Source: Escherichia coli | Lineage (GTDB): Bacteria; Pseudomonadota; Gammaproteobacteria; Enterobacterales; Enterobacteriaceae | Assembly: GCF_003019035.1 (NCBI RefSeq) | Contig: NZ_CP027448.1 | DNA: 64,000 nucleotides | Reading direction: 5' to 3' (one strand) | In this document: positions 8,801-20,053 of the stretch, in pieces | Layout: each line of letters begins with the position of its first letter | Numbering within the stretch: position 1 is the first letter of the stretch | Notes under the pieces: generated by a model | What the model was told of the DNA's origin: nothing | Databases searched by the model: none | What the model saw: only the letters and a program-made list of their open reading frames with translations | Made by a program: the position numbers and the translations under genes

Positions 8801-11094
8801 AGGGAGGCCGGTTCAGCCCGCCCCGGCACAACAACCGTCATCGAATCTTCACTGACGGATGCCACCTGCAGGCGGTCACCGCCGGAGACGCGGAGTCCGG
8901 GAATTTTCCCTGTCACCCTCAGACGCTCGCCGTCTGCCACCGGCATTTTTTCCGGCCGGAACAGCGACCAGCTGCTGTCCAGGGAGGAAATACGCACCAC
9001 CTGCGTTTCGCCCTGCGCATCCCGCAGGGTCAGGCTGTGACTCTGCGCCGTCACCCGATCGATAACATAGAGGTCATGACTGCGTGTCTCCGGGTTCCAC
9101 TGCTCCATCACCATCCCCGGACGGTACATATCCCGCAGATAACGGCTCCGGCTGTCCAGCCAGACCGGTGACAGAGCGGTCATGGTCACCTCCGGGTGTC
9201 CGAGCACGCCCTGTGTTTTCAGCTCACTGCGAACGGCCTGTGTCAGTATGGCCTGTTCCCGTACCCCGCTGACCTGTGCCACGCTCTCTTCTCCGGCTTT
9301 CACGCTGGCCGCAAAATCTCCGGCCAGCCGGGCATAGCGGACATTACGGTCCGGTTCACTGATGATGGTGGCCGGTCGCTGTTCTCCCCCCTGCCAGCGA
9401 TATGTGTTCACCCCGGCATCTTTCATGGCCATCAGTGCACTGCCTGTACCGGTTCGCTGCCCGCTGTCGGTTATCAGGACCTGTACGTTATGACGTGCGG
9501 CACCGTCCAGCAGGGTTAACGTCTCTTTCAGGGAGAGTTTTTCGCCCTGGTCAACGATAACAGTACTGCCCAGCGTGAAGGCCATGCCTTCCAGCAGCTG
9601 ACGACGTCCGGTTATCAGCTCACCGGACAGCCGTTCATCCTGCTTCAGGTTCATCTGCGAGCGACGGTCAGCAGCGATAATCTGCACTTCCCGCCCCTGC
9701 TCCCGGGCCATCATGACCAGTTCAGCCACCCGCTCACGCTGCCCGGCTGCACCGCCCTGCCCGGACACAATGGCCAGCGACGGACGGTCCTGTGCCAGAA
9801 CACTGACGGCATCGCTGTAGCCGGCCGTCCGGGGGACACTTTTCTCCGGATGTACGGTCACCCGGTTCTGTTTCATGATATCGCGACTGAGTGCCCGGAC
9901 TGACAGTTCATCGAGCACATGAATCCCGGACGTGAACAGCCCCTTCTCACGGTCAAGGGGGATGAGTTGCTCACGGCTGATGGCCTCATCGATACCGGCG
10001 CGTGCCCGTTCAATCACACCATTTTCCGGCGGCAGTATACCGACCGTTCTGGCCAGCACGTCCGTGTACGTAAACTGCACTTTTCGTTCACTTAATCCGG
10101 CAATCGCCTGTGTCACCGCCTGCTGCACATCCGGCCCCTCCTGTGAAACAGCCCCGGGCGCCTGCGTGCGGGTCTCCGCACGCTGATCCGCCGCGTCACG
10201 ATATGCCCGGATGTCGAACCCGGTTTCCTTCAGCGTCTGCATCCATTCAGCCATTCTGACTTCAGGATCGACGTGCTGTTTGGATTTTCGCGTATCCAGT
10301 GCCGCCACATCCCGGGATTTCAGCGAGGCGTCCTCCCCGACGGCCTCCCGGATAGTCTGCGAGCGTCCAGAAAAGGCCTCCACCGGTATGCCCAGCATTT
10401 CCCACATACCGTGCTGACCCACCACTTCGGTTTCATAGCCCAGCGCCTCAACCTGCTCTTTCAGTTTTTCCCGGTAGAGCCTGCCAAAGGCAATCTGATT
10501 AGCGTACACATTCTCAATGAACCCCGTTTTCCCCACTTTGTCACTGCTCAGTGTCTTCCATTCGCCGTTATGCTGCGTGACATTAGCCACCACCGCATGC
10601 GTGTGTAACTGTGGTTCCTGATCGCGACTGGTGTCGTGGTTAAACAGTGCCATCACCAGATTACCGGTCAGCACCGTTTCTGACTGTCCGTCCGTCATCA
10701 CCCGTGTGGAGGCCAGCGCCTCCACCTGACGGACAGCAAAATCCACGGCCTGGTTATGTGCTTCAATAAGACGTTTGTCCCCCCCGAGCATGGCCATCAT
10801 GGAGACACTTTTGGGAGCGGAAAAGGTCAGGTCGTAGCCGGGACGATGCCTGTTACGGCCATCCTGCATGCGGCTTAAATCCGCCCCGTCTGGCAACCTG
10901 CCCTCCAGAAGGCGGGTAAAGACATCCTTATCGACACTGCCCTGCAGCCCCAGTTGTTCAGCCCCCTGGCCGGCCCAGCGTTCTCCCATGCTGCCCAGCA
11001 CATAGTAATTATCCTTGTCGGTATAATAGTTCCCGGCACTTCCGGCCGATCTGACCTGCGCAATACTCATCATAAACGTATATCCCTTTGACAT
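5803..11094 (-). CDS. traI: TraI relaxase/helicase
   Basis: 1763-aa ORF ...MMSIAQVRSAGSAGNYYTDKDNYYVLGSMGERWAGQGAEQLGLQG..., essentially F TraI; start may be a few codons inside the ORF. Confidence 0.97.
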   Translation of the reverse strand: MSKGYTFMMSIAQVRSAGSAGNYYTDKDNYYVLGSMGERWAGQGAEQLGLQGSVDKDVFTRLLEGRLPDGADLSRMQDGRNRHRPGYDLTFSAPKSVSMMAMLGGDKRLIEAHNQAVDFAVRQVEALASTRVMTDGQSETVLTGNLVMALFNHDTSRDQEPQLHTHAVVANVTQHNGEWKTLSSDKVGKTGFIENVYANQIAFGRLYREKLKEQVEALGYETEVVGQHGMWEMLGIPVEAFSGRSQTIREAVGEDASLKSRDVAALDTRKSKQHVDPEVRMAEWMQTLKETGFDIRAYRDAADQRAETRTQAPGAVSQEGPDVQQAVTQAIAGLSERKVQFTYTDVLARTVGILPPENGVIERARAGIDEAISREQLIPLDREKGLFTSGIHVLDELSVRALSRDIMKQNRVTVHPEKSVPRTAGYSDAVSVLAQDRPSLAIVSGQGGAAGQRERVAELVMMAREQGREVQIIAADRRSQMNLKQDERLSGELITGRRQLLEGMAFTLGSTVIVDQGEKLSLKETLTLLDGAARHNVQVLITDSGQRTGTGSALMAMKDAGVNTYRWQGGEQRPATIISEPDRNVRYARLAGDFAASVKAGEESVAQVSGVREQAILTQAVRSELKTQGVLGHPEVTMTALSPVWLDSRSRYLRDMYRPGMVMEQWNPETRSHDLYVIDRVTAQSHSLTLRDAQGETQVVRISSLDSSWSLFRPEKMPVADGERLRVTGKIPGLRVSGGDRLQVASVSEDSMTVVVPGRAEPASLPVSDSPFTALKLENGWVETPGHSVSDSAKVFASVTQMAMDNATLNGLARSGRDVRLYSSLDETRTAENLARHPSFTVVSEQIKARAGETLLETAISLQKAGLHTPAQQAIHLALPVLESKNLAFSMVDLLTEAKSFAAEGTSFTELGGEINAQIKRGDLLYVDVAKGYGTGLLVSRASYEAEKSILRHILEGKEAVTPLMERVPGGVMESLTSGQRAATRMILETSDRFTVVQGYAGVGKTTQFRAVMSAVNMLPESERPRVVGLGPTHRAVGEMRSAGVDAQTLASFLHGTQLQLRSGETPDFSNTLFLLDESSMVGNTDMARAYALIAAGGGRAVASGDTDQLQAIAPGQPFRLQQTRSAADVAIMKEIVRQTPELREAVYSLINRDVERALSGLESVKPSQVPRQEGAWVPEHSVTEFSHSQEAKLAEAQQKAMQNGEAFPDVPMTLYEAIVRDYTGRTPEAREQTLIVTHLNEDRRVLNSMIHDAREKAGELGKEQVMVPVLNTANIRDGELRRLSTWETHRDALVLVDNVYHRIAGISKGDGLITLQDAEGNTRLISPREAVAEGVTLYTPDTIRVGTGDRMRFTKSDRERGYVANSVWTVTAVSGDSVTLSGGQQTRVIRPGQERAEQHIDLAYAITAHGAQGASETFAIALEGTEGSRKQMAGFESAYVALSRMKQHVQVYTDNRQGWTDAINNAEQKGTAHDVFEPKSDREVMNAERLFSTARELRDVAAGRAVLRQAGLAGGDSPARFIAPGRKYPQPYVALPAFDRNGKSAGIWLNPLTTDDGNGLRGFSGEGRVKGSEDAQFVALQGSRNGESLLADNMQDGVRIARDNPDSGVVVRIAGEGRPWNPGAITGGRVWGDIPDNSVQPGAGNGEPVTAEVLAQRQAEEAIRRETERRADEIVRKMAENKPDLPDGKTELAVREIAGQERDRAAITEREAALPDSVLRESQREREAVREVARENLLQERLQQMERDMVRDLQKEKTLGGD

Positions 11095-11154
11095 ATCCCG
11101 GCATCAATCCCACAATGGATATACACAAGACATATCCACATAAGGAGGCAAATA

Positions 11155-11382
11155 ATGGAAACCACCGTATTTCTCAGCAACCGCAGCCAGGCGGTCAGAC
11201 TGCCAAAAGCGGTTGCATTGCCGGAAAACGTAAAACGCGTTGAAGTGATTGCTGTCGGACGAACCCGAATCATTACGCCTGCCGGAGAGACATGGGACGA
11301 ATGGTTCGACGGAAACAGTGTCAGCGCTGATTTTATGGATAACAGGGAACAGCCTGGTATGCAGGAAAGGGAGTCATTCTGA
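11155..11382 (+). CDS. vapB: VapB/VagC-type antitoxin (AbrB/SpoVT-like)
   Basis: 75-aa ORF immediately upstream of and overlapping a PIN-domain ORF; typical vagCD arrangement. Confidence 0.75.
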   Translation: METTVFLSNRSQAVRLPKAVALPENVKRVEVIAVGRTRIITPAGETWDEWFDGNSVSADFMDNREQPGMQERESF

Positions 11383-11780
11383 TGCTGAAGTTTATGCTCA
11401 ATACCAACATCTGCATTTTTACGATAAAGAACAAACCCGCCAGTGTCAGGGAACGTTTTAACCTGAACCAGGGGAGAATGTGCATCAGTTCGGTCACTCT
11501 GATGGAGCTGATATATGGTGCAGAAAAAAGCCAGATGCCTGAACGTAATCTCGCTGTGATCGAGGGATTTGTTTCCCGCATTGACGTTCTGGATTACGAC
11601 GCTGCTGCTGCCACACACACCGGCCAGATAAGAGCAGAACTTGCCCGTCAGGGACGCCCTGTCGGGCCATTTGATCAAATGATCGCAGGTCATGCCCGCA
11701 GTCGGGGACTGATTATTGTGACTAATAACACCCGGGAATTTGAACGTGTGGGCGGCCTGAGAATTGAAGACTGGAGTTGA
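11382..11780 (+). CDS. vapC: VapC/VagD PIN-domain toxin
   Basis: 132-aa ORF with PIN-like pattern (MLNTNICIF..., ...LIIVTNNTREFERV), start overlaps the antitoxin stop. Confidence 0.8.
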   Translation: MLKFMLNTNICIFTIKNKPASVRERFNLNQGRMCISSVTLMELIYGAEKSQMPERNLAVIEGFVSRIDVLDYDAAAATHTGQIRAELARQGRPVGPFDQMIAGHARSRGLIIVTNNTREFERVGGLRIEDWS

Positions 11781-11788
11781 CCTGTTCA

Positions 11789-13942
11789 TCAGAAATCATC
11801 TCCCGGCTCAACATCCTCCCCGCGCTCCCGGTGCACATTAATGTTCACCTCTTCACGACGCTGCATCTGCTGCTGGATGTCCGGATGATTTTCCTGTTGC
11901 CATGCCTCATAAGCGGCCATATCCACCACTTCACCGGATTCACTGATCCCGGGTGGCAGTTGCTGTTCCATCTCTTCTTCCGGTTTCATTTTCAGCTCCT
12001 GCTCGATCCCCCCTACCGGAACATTCACACCTGAATCTGACTTCTTATCGTTGATGGCAGGAGACACCGGCTGTTGCGGCTGTTCAGCCTGAGTCACGTC
12101 TTCTCCGGAAACAACCTCCGGGACATCCGGTTCGAAGAGGCTGGCCATCTGACGACCTTCTGCTTCCCTTGCGGCAAGTACGGCACTCAGACGGTTCTCC
12201 ATTTCCGGGTTGATGTCACGCGGAATAAACTCCGGAGCGACCTTCGGTCGTGTCTGATATTTCAGAGAGAGTTTTACTGCCGGATACGGTCCGGGCAGGG
12301 TGACATAACAGGTCAGATCCGGCAGAGACTGAATGTCGGAATAACTGACCAGCGTCTGGCGCTCCATATCCTTACCGGTCGATACCCCGTCACGTACCGG
12401 ATCAGCACCGTAGGAATACTGCTCGCTGGCTTTCAGGTGCTCTTTCTCACCAATTTCACCGGCAGCGAACTCTGCAATCTTATGGCTGGGAGAACGGAAA
12501 AAGGCACGGGTGTTCATGACGTCAAACAGCGAGGCAGCCGCTTTCTCACCGTAGATATCTTCCAGCTGGGCATAGGACTGGATACCAAACACATAACAGC
12601 CACCGAACTTACGGGCTTCCGGCAGGATCTCCACCAGGTCCGGCAGTTTGTGTAACGTGGGTAACTCATCACAGAAAAACCACACACGACGGTTACGGTT
12701 TTCTCCCATTGCCAGCAGACCACGAATGGCAATGGACAGCCACATGGAGATCACCGGCTTCAGGGAGGCATGGGTGTCGGCATTCGACGAAATAAACAGC
12801 CAGCCGTTTTTCTGATCTTCCCGGACACCACGCATCCAGTCACGGATGGTAAAAGACTCACCGTTATGCTCAATCCCCTGCAGGTAACGGATGGCTTTCA
12901 CGTAGTTGGTCAGCACAGCACGGATGGAAATCGCCGTTTTCTCAATTTTCTCTTCCACCAGGTTGGCCGCCGGTGAATTACGCAGGAAGGTACGCAGTTT
13001 TTCGATTTTGATGGAAAGCAGTGTGTCCACCAGTTTGCTGTAGCTGCGGTTGGGGTCATTACGCATCAGGTACGCCGCTTCCGCAAAAATGGTACGTCCT
13101 GACCCCTGCCAGAACGGGTCCTCTTTTGTGCCCATCGGGATCAGCGTGTTCGCGGTATTATCAAAATCCGGCTGTGTCAGGCACTCCTTCCACAAATCCC
13201 AGGCGGCACAGCGGGCATCCAGCGGATTCAGGATTTTATCGATGGAGGGATCATAGTAACTTTTAACAAATTCCCCTGAACGGTCATAAATCACCACCAT
13301 ATCTCCACGCTGACGGGCGTAGTTGGCCAGACGACGGATAACTTCCGACTTACCGGCCCCGACCGTGCCGTGCAGACAGAAGTTCTGGATTTCGGAATCC
13401 CGGATAATCGGCAGGTCGCCAATCCGTATATCGGAGTCCTTGCCGTCTTTTTTCAGCATCCGGGCAACGTCTTTCGGATTGTCTGTCAGCTGACGACCAC
13501 CTGTGACTTCATTTTCGCTCTGTTGTTTACCCTGACGCCCCAGAATCCAGGAGACAACAAAGAAGGTAATCAGGCAAATAACCAGTGCCACAACTGTGGC
13601 CAGAACGAATGCGGACCATAGCTGCTCTCCGCACCAGATCATATATTTATCATGCAGTACCTGAGCAGCATTCATCCGGAAGGTTTTGCCGTAATACTGG
13701 ATCTCATATACCGGCTGGGACTTGATTAAATCCCGCATGCCTTCCAGCGTGGTACACCACCAGTAAATACAGCCGTTCACAAACGTCTGCCAGCTTATTT
13801 TTACCCATAAAACCAGACCAACGAGTATCCAGAAAAAAATAAACAGGCAGTAAAGCATGATATTGGCGATCTGGCTGAACATGCGGATACGCATGGACGC
13901 AATCTGACCGCCCTGGGTCATATCCTTTGCGTTAAAACTCAT
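11789..13942 (-). CDS. traD: TraD type IV coupling protein
   Basis: 717-aa ORF with N-terminal TM segments, Walker A GTVGAGKS and Q/P-rich C-terminus; matches F TraD and gene order. Confidence 0.95.
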   Translation of the reverse strand: MSFNAKDMTQGGQIASMRIRMFSQIANIMLYCLFIFFWILVGLVLWVKISWQTFVNGCIYWWCTTLEGMRDLIKSQPVYEIQYYGKTFRMNAAQVLHDKYMIWCGEQLWSAFVLATVVALVICLITFFVVSWILGRQGKQQSENEVTGGRQLTDNPKDVARMLKKDGKDSDIRIGDLPIIRDSEIQNFCLHGTVGAGKSEVIRRLANYARQRGDMVVIYDRSGEFVKSYYDPSIDKILNPLDARCAAWDLWKECLTQPDFDNTANTLIPMGTKEDPFWQGSGRTIFAEAAYLMRNDPNRSYSKLVDTLLSIKIEKLRTFLRNSPAANLVEEKIEKTAISIRAVLTNYVKAIRYLQGIEHNGESFTIRDWMRGVREDQKNGWLFISSNADTHASLKPVISMWLSIAIRGLLAMGENRNRRVWFFCDELPTLHKLPDLVEILPEARKFGGCYVFGIQSYAQLEDIYGEKAAASLFDVMNTRAFFRSPSHKIAEFAAGEIGEKEHLKASEQYSYGADPVRDGVSTGKDMERQTLVSYSDIQSLPDLTCYVTLPGPYPAVKLSLKYQTRPKVAPEFIPRDINPEMENRLSAVLAAREAEGRQMASLFEPDVPEVVSGEDVTQAEQPQQPVSPAINDKKSDSGVNVPVGGIEQELKMKPEEEMEQQLPPGISESGEVVDMAAYEAWQQENHPDIQQQMQRREEVNINVHRERGEDVEPGDDF

Positions 13943-14193
13943 GATGATATTCCGAAGAAAAAAGTCAGTCGGACTGATTATTAATGATGAAAAGATTAAT
14001 AACCGTTAAATTCCGGCTTCGCCGGCAACACTTCACGGTCGCACAAAGAATTTGCACAACCGCTCAGTGTTTTCATATTTATTTCGGAAACGCCGGGGAG
14101 AAATAAAATTTATTTTATTTCTTTCCGGGGTTGGACAACGAGCAAAGCGAGGCGTCAGTCAGGAGGCCGGTCAGACCAGCCTCCGGAAGATAA

Positions 14194-14925
14194 TCAGAGA
14201 ATATTTGCGATTGATTTGGCCAGCTGGTCTTCGAGAACAGGCTTCGCCTCTTCAAATTTCAGGTTAACCTTGTTCGCACTGGAGACCACACGGGTCTGAT
14301 ATTTATGCTGGTTACCTGTTTCAGTACTGGTCTGAATTTTCGCACCTGAAGTGCCCTGACGCAGGGCGGCAACATTATCTGTTGTCACCGTTGTCTTAGT
14401 ACGCTCTGCAATCTGCACATCCGTGATCATGGTATAGTTCACATCTTCCACCATCGCATCTGCAGCCATACCCACCAGACCAGCAGCAAGGCCCACACCG
14501 AGTGTGGCACCGGCAGAATTGGAATTATATCCGGTAATACCGGCACCTAACGCTGCACCAACAGCTGCGCCTTCATAACCACGGTTCAGCCATCCCTGAG
14601 ACTCCCGCAGATCCATCTTATCGGCCTTCAGCACATTCGCCTGAATCCAGTAGTAGGCTTTATCCGGAGAAGTCACCACCTGATACCCTTTTGCTTTCAC
14701 AGCATCAGCAATTTTGCCCTGCAGCCCACTCATGTCTTTATCAGACGTGTTTTTGATCTGCAGAAATACCGTGCGTTCGCTGGCGGGTTCAAGCCAGATG
14801 GTCTCACTCATCTGGGTCTTCACCTCAAGGTTACGCTTCTTGATTGCTGTGCTCATCGCACCACACCCTGAAAGGGCCAGAGTGGAACTGACCAGTGCAA
14901 CCATCATCAATTTTTTTGTTTTCAT
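14194..14925 (-). CDS. traT: TraT surface exclusion lipoprotein
   Basis: 243-aa [50 protein letters not shown]..., matching F TraT. Confidence 0.95.
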   Translation of the reverse strand: MKTKKLMMVALVSSTLALSGCGAMSTAIKKRNLEVKTQMSETIWLEPASERTVFLQIKNTSDKDMSGLQGKIADAVKAKGYQVVTSPDKAYYWIQANVLKADKMDLRESQGWLNRGYEGAAVGAALGAGITGYNSNSAGATLGVGLAAGLVGMAADAMVEDVNYTMITDVQIAERTKTTVTTDNVAALRQGTSGAKIQTSTETGNQHKYQTRVVSSANKVNLKFEEAKPVLEDQLAKSIANIL

Positions 14926-14938
14926 CCAAAATATCCTT

Positions 14939-15448
14939 TTAACTAACAGACTCTTTTTTGAACAGCCCTATTACTGAGGCTATAGCTGAGAGATTATAAC
15001 GATTTATGTCTATAGCATAAATAAAGAAAAAGATTATAAACAAAGCAATTAATAAAAACTCATATAAGAGTGTATGGGCAAATGAAACCATTGAAAAAGC
15101 AATCAAAAATGACAAGATATAAGTTTTGTTCTTATCATACATAAAAGATATAACTTTCGACTCATCTCTGAATTTTTCAGGGATAGCAAGATACAACATC
15201 ATTCCATTAGTAATGGCAACAAAAAGGATAAAACCCATTACGCCACTAAAACATATATCAAATCCGGCATCTCGGATATCAATTTTATCTGCCAGCAAAC
15301 GAAGAAATGTTGGCCATAATAAAACCCATAAAAACACATACCCCCCTGGCTTTATGACCTGTAATAATGGCGGGATATTAACCCCGTCTACAGAGAGTAC
15401 ATCCTTTAGTTTCTGTGTCTCCATTTTTATATCATAGTGAGTGATCAT
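14939..15448 (-). CDS. traS: TraS entry exclusion protein
   Basis: Hydrophobic 169-aa ORF between traG and traT, the conserved position of traS. Confidence 0.65.
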   Translation of the reverse strand: MITHYDIKMETQKLKDVLSVDGVNIPPLLQVIKPGGYVFLWVLLWPTFLRLLADKIDIRDAGFDICFSGVMGFILFVAITNGMMLYLAIPEKFRDESKVISFMYDKNKTYILSFLIAFSMVSFAHTLLYEFLLIALFIIFFFIYAIDINRYNLSAIASVIGLFKKESVS

Positions 15449-18270
15449 AATGGCCCCTTCAGTCGTTCCTTTTTACCATCAATCATTTTTTTCACAGCCT
15501 CTCCTGATGGCTCAGGTATTATCTTTTGACTTTCTCGCTCTTCATTATATTTATTATTCTGAGATAATGCTTCTGTTTTATGGTGATTCTGCAGTTCAGA
15601 ATACTGTCCTCTTACAATATTTTCCTCGCCATGTATGCTGTTCTGAGTATCACCTATATTCCCTTTATATTCTGTGACCATATTATCAACCTGATGTTTT
15701 ACATCATTACGGATATTACTGTCCTGTGTTCTTTGATCAATAATGGCCTGATGCCCCTGATGGTCAGCAATAATATTCTGGCTGCCACCACCCGAAGGTA
15801 CGCTCTCCATTCCTTTACCAATATCGCCACGGGATTCACGCCAGGCATTATCAACACCAGGTTGTACCTGTTCTTGCACAAAAGACCATGCCATCGCCCG
15901 ACGGCGTTCTGCAATCTCCGGTGAACTGGTGTTTGTCAGAATAGCTTCTGCATACTGCGGCGCGTGTTTCATCACATACTGTGCAAACTGTTGCGACAGG
16001 TCTTCACTCATCTGCCCACTCATGCTTTCAGTACGGGATGCCATTTCAGCATATTCATGGCTGCGGGTCATATTCGTCGTGTACTGGTCGTAACTCTGTT
16101 TCGCTGAGTTCAGGGCTGCAGACAACTGGTCCACGCGGGAATCGGCATTATTGTCAGTATGGCTTCCGGATTCACTGACTTTGCGACTGGTAAAGTAATC
16201 GCTGGCCTCTTTAAAGTCCTTACTGGCTCTAGCGTCAATATCATGGCGAGCATCATGGGAAGCCCTGCTGCCACTACTGGCTTCATGTGAGTCCAGATCA
16301 CTACCGTCAATACTGGCTCGCCCACCAACCTTAGCGCCAACATCAACACGCACACCAAAAAGGCTGGGCTTTGCATCTAATCCGGCATGAGCATCACCAT
16401 ACAATCCAGCTGATGCAGTCGTACTTCTCGATGCCAGTTCTCTTGTCGCCTGCTCATTACTGATATTATGCGCCTTCGCATAGCTTTCCACTGCACTGCG
16501 CATACGGCTGGCCATCATGGAGTCCTGAGCACTCATCGTGCTGTCAGCACCACCGGTGACAGAATCACTGCTCCCCCGGTTAGAACCAAACTGACTGAGC
16601 GTGTTCCAGGCACTGGCAATACTGCTGCTGAACCCATGCAGGGCACTTTCTGCTCTGTTCGATGCTTCCCGGGCCATTTCCTGTTGTGCCGCCGCAATCT
16701 GACGCGTTGCATTGATGCCGACCGGTAACCGGGACATCGCTCCGCTTGCATCCATCACCATATTACCATCACGGGTCTGTGTGGCGGTTGCGCCACTGCC
16801 GGTCTGGTACATCATCTGACCAAACGACGTGGTGCTGTTGGTGCTCCAGCTGAAGCCGTTCACGTTCTCCGTCTGCATGTTGCCGTAGGAGTAATTACCG
16901 TCAACCACACTGCCTGCTGCACTGGCGGTCGGGCTGATAGCAGAGGAAGCGAAATGGCTGTACACACTGGAAAATCCTGCCCCGAGCCCCCTGACCATCA
17001 TCCAGGATAATGGCGGGATCATCATGGAAAGATACCCGGCAGTGGAAGCCAGATCGGAGTATTTCAGCTGTATCTGTGAAATTTCCGAGAGCACCACCGG
17101 TGCACCATTCTGCTTCGCATAAAATGTCATGGCGCTGTTCAGAATGGCGTACAACATTGGCCATGACTGCAACCACATCAGGGCAAACACATAGCCTTTC
17201 AGGACGGACAGCGTCAGTTTGTTGAAGACAGCCGCCAGTACCAGGAGCGGGAAAATACCGATGGCGATCCCCGTCAGGATGGTCTGCGTCATGGGCAGTG
17301 TCCGCATCGCCACATGACCGATGGAGACATGTGCCAGACGTTGCTTCTCCATCGATGATGTGGTGGCCAGATTCACCAGGCTGGCCGAATCACCATTACG
17401 TGCGGCATAACTGGTGATCCCCTCCTTCAGCGCATTGATGGTGACATTCTGGCGGATGATCTGGCTGGCTGATTTACTTGAGCCATAGAAGTAACTGTAA
17501 CTGTCGCCAATCAGCGTACTGAACAACAGGTTCGGATCAGGGCGTCCACCAAATAGCTGCTGGGCATAATAATGCCATGTTTTTCCGCCACTCTGTGTGT
17601 CCAGATTCAGCTTGTCTTTCAGCGAAACCGACGCGTCCTTACAGGTCACGAAATTATTATTGCTGTCATAAACGCCCCGCAGCGGACTGGGGCGGGAAAA
17701 AATCAGCGTGTAAGGATCAGCGGAGGCCATCAGTTCCTCCAGCGTGTATTTGTGGTTCAGGTAAATATCCCCCATCACGCAGTTCTGCACATAATCCTGG
17801 AAAAGATTGGCGATTTCCGGATTACGGGACAAAAAGTCGGTGCTTTTTGATACCAGTTCTGCGCCAAACAGCATCCCCGTTTTGCTGTAGGTGACACTGT
17901 CCGGTTGCGTGAAGATCATCTCGTAACTGGCCACCATTGCATGCCCGATACGGGTCGTCAGTGAAAGTGGCATCGCCAGTCCGACCGGCACATTATCCAC
18001 CCGGTGAATTTTGACCAGGTCACTGTTATCAATAATCTGCACCGATGTGCGGACATTAACCAGCAGGCTGATAAGCACAAACACGGCCACCCAGCCCAGC
18101 AAATCCATCACGTTGTGCCGCTGTACCCACATTACGGCCACCGCTAGAACAGACAATGTGAGCGCAATTTTTTCAATGGAATCCCACGTCCGGGTCCCCA
18201 TAAAGGCGGCAATGGCATTCAGGTTATTCCGCAACCACTCACCACCGGCAATCACATAAACTTCATTCAC
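15445..18270 (-). CDS. traG: TraG mating-pair stabilisation protein
   Basis: 941-aa ORF, size and position as F TraG. Confidence 0.9.
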   Translation of the reverse strand: MNEVYVIAGGEWLRNNLNAIAAFMGTRTWDSIEKIALTLSVLAVAVMWVQRHNVMDLLGWVAVFVLISLLVNVRTSVQIIDNSDLVKIHRVDNVPVGLAMPLSLTTRIGHAMVASYEMIFTQPDSVTYSKTGMLFGAELVSKSTDFLSRNPEIANLFQDYVQNCVMGDIYLNHKYTLEELMASADPYTLIFSRPSPLRGVYDSNNNFVTCKDASVSLKDKLNLDTQSGGKTWHYYAQQLFGGRPDPNLLFSTLIGDSYSYFYGSSKSASQIIRQNVTINALKEGITSYAARNGDSASLVNLATTSSMEKQRLAHVSIGHVAMRTLPMTQTILTGIAIGIFPLLVLAAVFNKLTLSVLKGYVFALMWLQSWPMLYAILNSAMTFYAKQNGAPVVLSEISQIQLKYSDLASTAGYLSMMIPPLSWMMVRGLGAGFSSVYSHFASSAISPTASAAGSVVDGNYSYGNMQTENVNGFSWSTNSTTSFGQMMYQTGSGATATQTRDGNMVMDASGAMSRLPVGINATRQIAAAQQEMAREASNRAESALHGFSSSIASAWNTLSQFGSNRGSSDSVTGGADSTMSAQDSMMASRMRSAVESYAKAHNISNEQATRELASRSTTASAGLYGDAHAGLDAKPSLFGVRVDVGAKVGGRASIDGSDLDSHEASSGSRASHDARHDIDARASKDFKEASDYFTSRKVSESGSHTDNNADSRVDQLSAALNSAKQSYDQYTTNMTRSHEYAEMASRTESMSGQMSEDLSQQFAQYVMKHAPQYAEAILTNTSSPEIAERRRAMAWSFVQEQVQPGVDNAWRESRGDIGKGMESVPSGGGSQNIIADHQGHQAIIDQRTQDSNIRNDVKHQVDNMVTEYKGNIGDTQNSIHGEENIVRGQYSELQNHHKTEALSQNNKYNEERESQKIIPEPSGEAVKKMIDGKKERLKGPL

Positions 18271-19643
18271 AGTGTGCTCCCTCCGAAGTGATAGTTGTTC
18301 TGGTAACGACTGAGCATGCGGGCGGAAAGCTGCTGACGCATGTAGCTCATCTGACGATCGACAACCAGCAGCGCATCCTGCTGTACCTGCACCTGTGACT
18401 GAAACGCCGCAATCTGCCGGGTGGCATCATTCATGTTGTCGTTAATATGCTCGATAACCGCTTCGTCATAATTTCCCGTGGCCACCATCGCCCGGGCCTG
18501 CTGTATCAGCTCCTGAATGTACTGCAGCAGGATGTCGTAACCGATATAGTCCGTCAGCTGGTAAATCATGCTGTTGGAAACGCCGAGCATCTGCGGGTCA
18601 ACCAGATATTTGAAGACGGGGATGGTGGTACTGGAAATAAAACCTTTTTCCTTGTCATCCAGAGGCGTGTCACTGACCGCTTTGTTCTGAATGCTGGCCA
18701 GAAGTTTAGTAATCTGAGACTTCAGTGCATTATCCCGGCTGATGGTCACCGGTGTGTCAGCCACCACTTTCAGGCATTTATCAGAATCGTTGCAGTGATA
18801 AATTTTTGCTGTGCCGCCTTCCATCATGGCCCGGATAATTGAGCGGTCAGAGGTTCTGGCTGACAGCGGTGTGATTTCGCCGTTGGGACCAAACACCAGT
18901 GAGCCGGTCAGCGTCATCACAAATTCTTTCAGCTCTTTGTTGCCGTCAAACATTCTGTTTTTGGAAAGCGCATTCCACATGATGTTGATGTTTTTGGTCA
19001 CCCGCTCCTTATCCTTGTCGCTGGCTTTATCCCTGACACTGTCAGATTTCCCGCCAACGGTACATCCCTGCCGGGAAGCCGCCCAGTCAGCAAAAATATT
19101 GCTCTCACCGGCAATGTCCTGACAGACTTTCTGCTGGGACACCTGCGTCCGGGGGAAAAGCCCGCCGATAATCCCCTGTGCAGCCTGGCAGGAACTGAGG
19201 TTCATACTGTTAATGTCGCTTGCCATTTTCTGCACGAAGTCTTTTGCGGTTTTTATTTCCGGCACCGTTGTCTGCAGGGCAAGGTCAAAAAAGTAACCGG
19301 CAGCATTGCTCATAATCTGCTTAACAAAACGCTGCAACTGCTCACCATTAATAAAACTGAACGAGCCGAGATAGGCGTCGATGCCGCCACATCCAGCATT
19401 GATATCCGGCAGCGTCATGGAAATTAGCTGAACATTTTTGACCTGAGTACGGGCATACAGGGAGCCACCGTAAGCATAGCCGGCGGCCTGCCCCTGCCAG
19501 ACGCCCGGCTGTGTGGTATTGGAAGCAAATCCCAGCTTATTAAAGAACTGATTCATGTCGCTGTTCACATCCGCTGACGCTGCAGGCGTCACCGTCAGTA
19601 AGGCGGCACAAAGAACCAGAAGAGGTTTAATGCGTGGCATCAT
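18267..19643 (-). CDS. traH: TraH pilus assembly protein
   Basis: 458-aa ORF with signal peptide, position between trbF and traG. Confidence 0.9.
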   Translation of the reverse strand: MMPRIKPLLVLCAALLTVTPAASADVNSDMNQFFNKLGFASNTTQPGVWQGQAAGYAYGGSLYARTQVKNVQLISMTLPDINAGCGGIDAYLGSFSFINGEQLQRFVKQIMSNAAGYFFDLALQTTVPEIKTAKDFVQKMASDINSMNLSSCQAAQGIIGGLFPRTQVSQQKVCQDIAGESNIFADWAASRQGCTVGGKSDSVRDKASDKDKERVTKNINIMWNALSKNRMFDGNKELKEFVMTLTGSLVFGPNGEITPLSARTSDRSIIRAMMEGGTAKIYHCNDSDKCLKVVADTPVTISRDNALKSQITKLLASIQNKAVSDTPLDDKEKGFISSTTIPVFKYLVDPQMLGVSNSMIYQLTDYIGYDILLQYIQELIQQARAMVATGNYDEAVIEHINDNMNDATRQIAAFQSQVQVQQDALLVVDRQMSYMRQQLSARMLSRYQNNYHFGGSTL

Positions 19644-20053
19644 TCTTGCCCTCCCTTAATGTGTTCTCCCGGTGCATACGACATTTCAGCAGGAATATCT
19701 TGATATTTCCGTATATTAATTCGTACATTGGGGACAGAAAAAAATGTAACAAGAAACCCGGCTGCAAGCGCATATAACGTATACGGAATGGCATATATCA
19801 GGATATTCCACATATAACTCGAATTATTTAATTCCGGGTCCGCTTTCCACGAATCAATACAGGCATCAAAAATAATATCCATAACTGTCCATAAAACAAT
19901 TCTGGCAGTCAGGAATACCAGAGACAACCCAGCATACCTGCCAGTAATTCTGGAAATGTATTTATAATCTCGTTCTGTACTTCTGATTTTGAGTTCAGGA
20001 TTACTTTTATTTTCTCTCATTATAAGCCCCCTCTGATATTTCCGATAATTCAT
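19640..20053 (-). CDS. trbF: TrbF
   Basis: Small membrane ORF directly upstream of traH; assigned by F gene order. Confidence 0.6.
   Translation of the reverse strand: MNYRKYQRGLIMRENKSNPELKIRSTERDYKYISRITGRYAGLSLVFLTARIVLWTVMDIIFDACIDSWKADPELNNSSYMWNILIYAIPYTLYALAAGFLVTFFSVPNVRINIRKYQDIPAEMSYAPGEHIKGGQE

Noticed and set aside
11070-11789. 239-aa minus-strand ORF
   Set aside because: Antisense to the vapB/vapC pair, which have clear family signatures and translational coupling.
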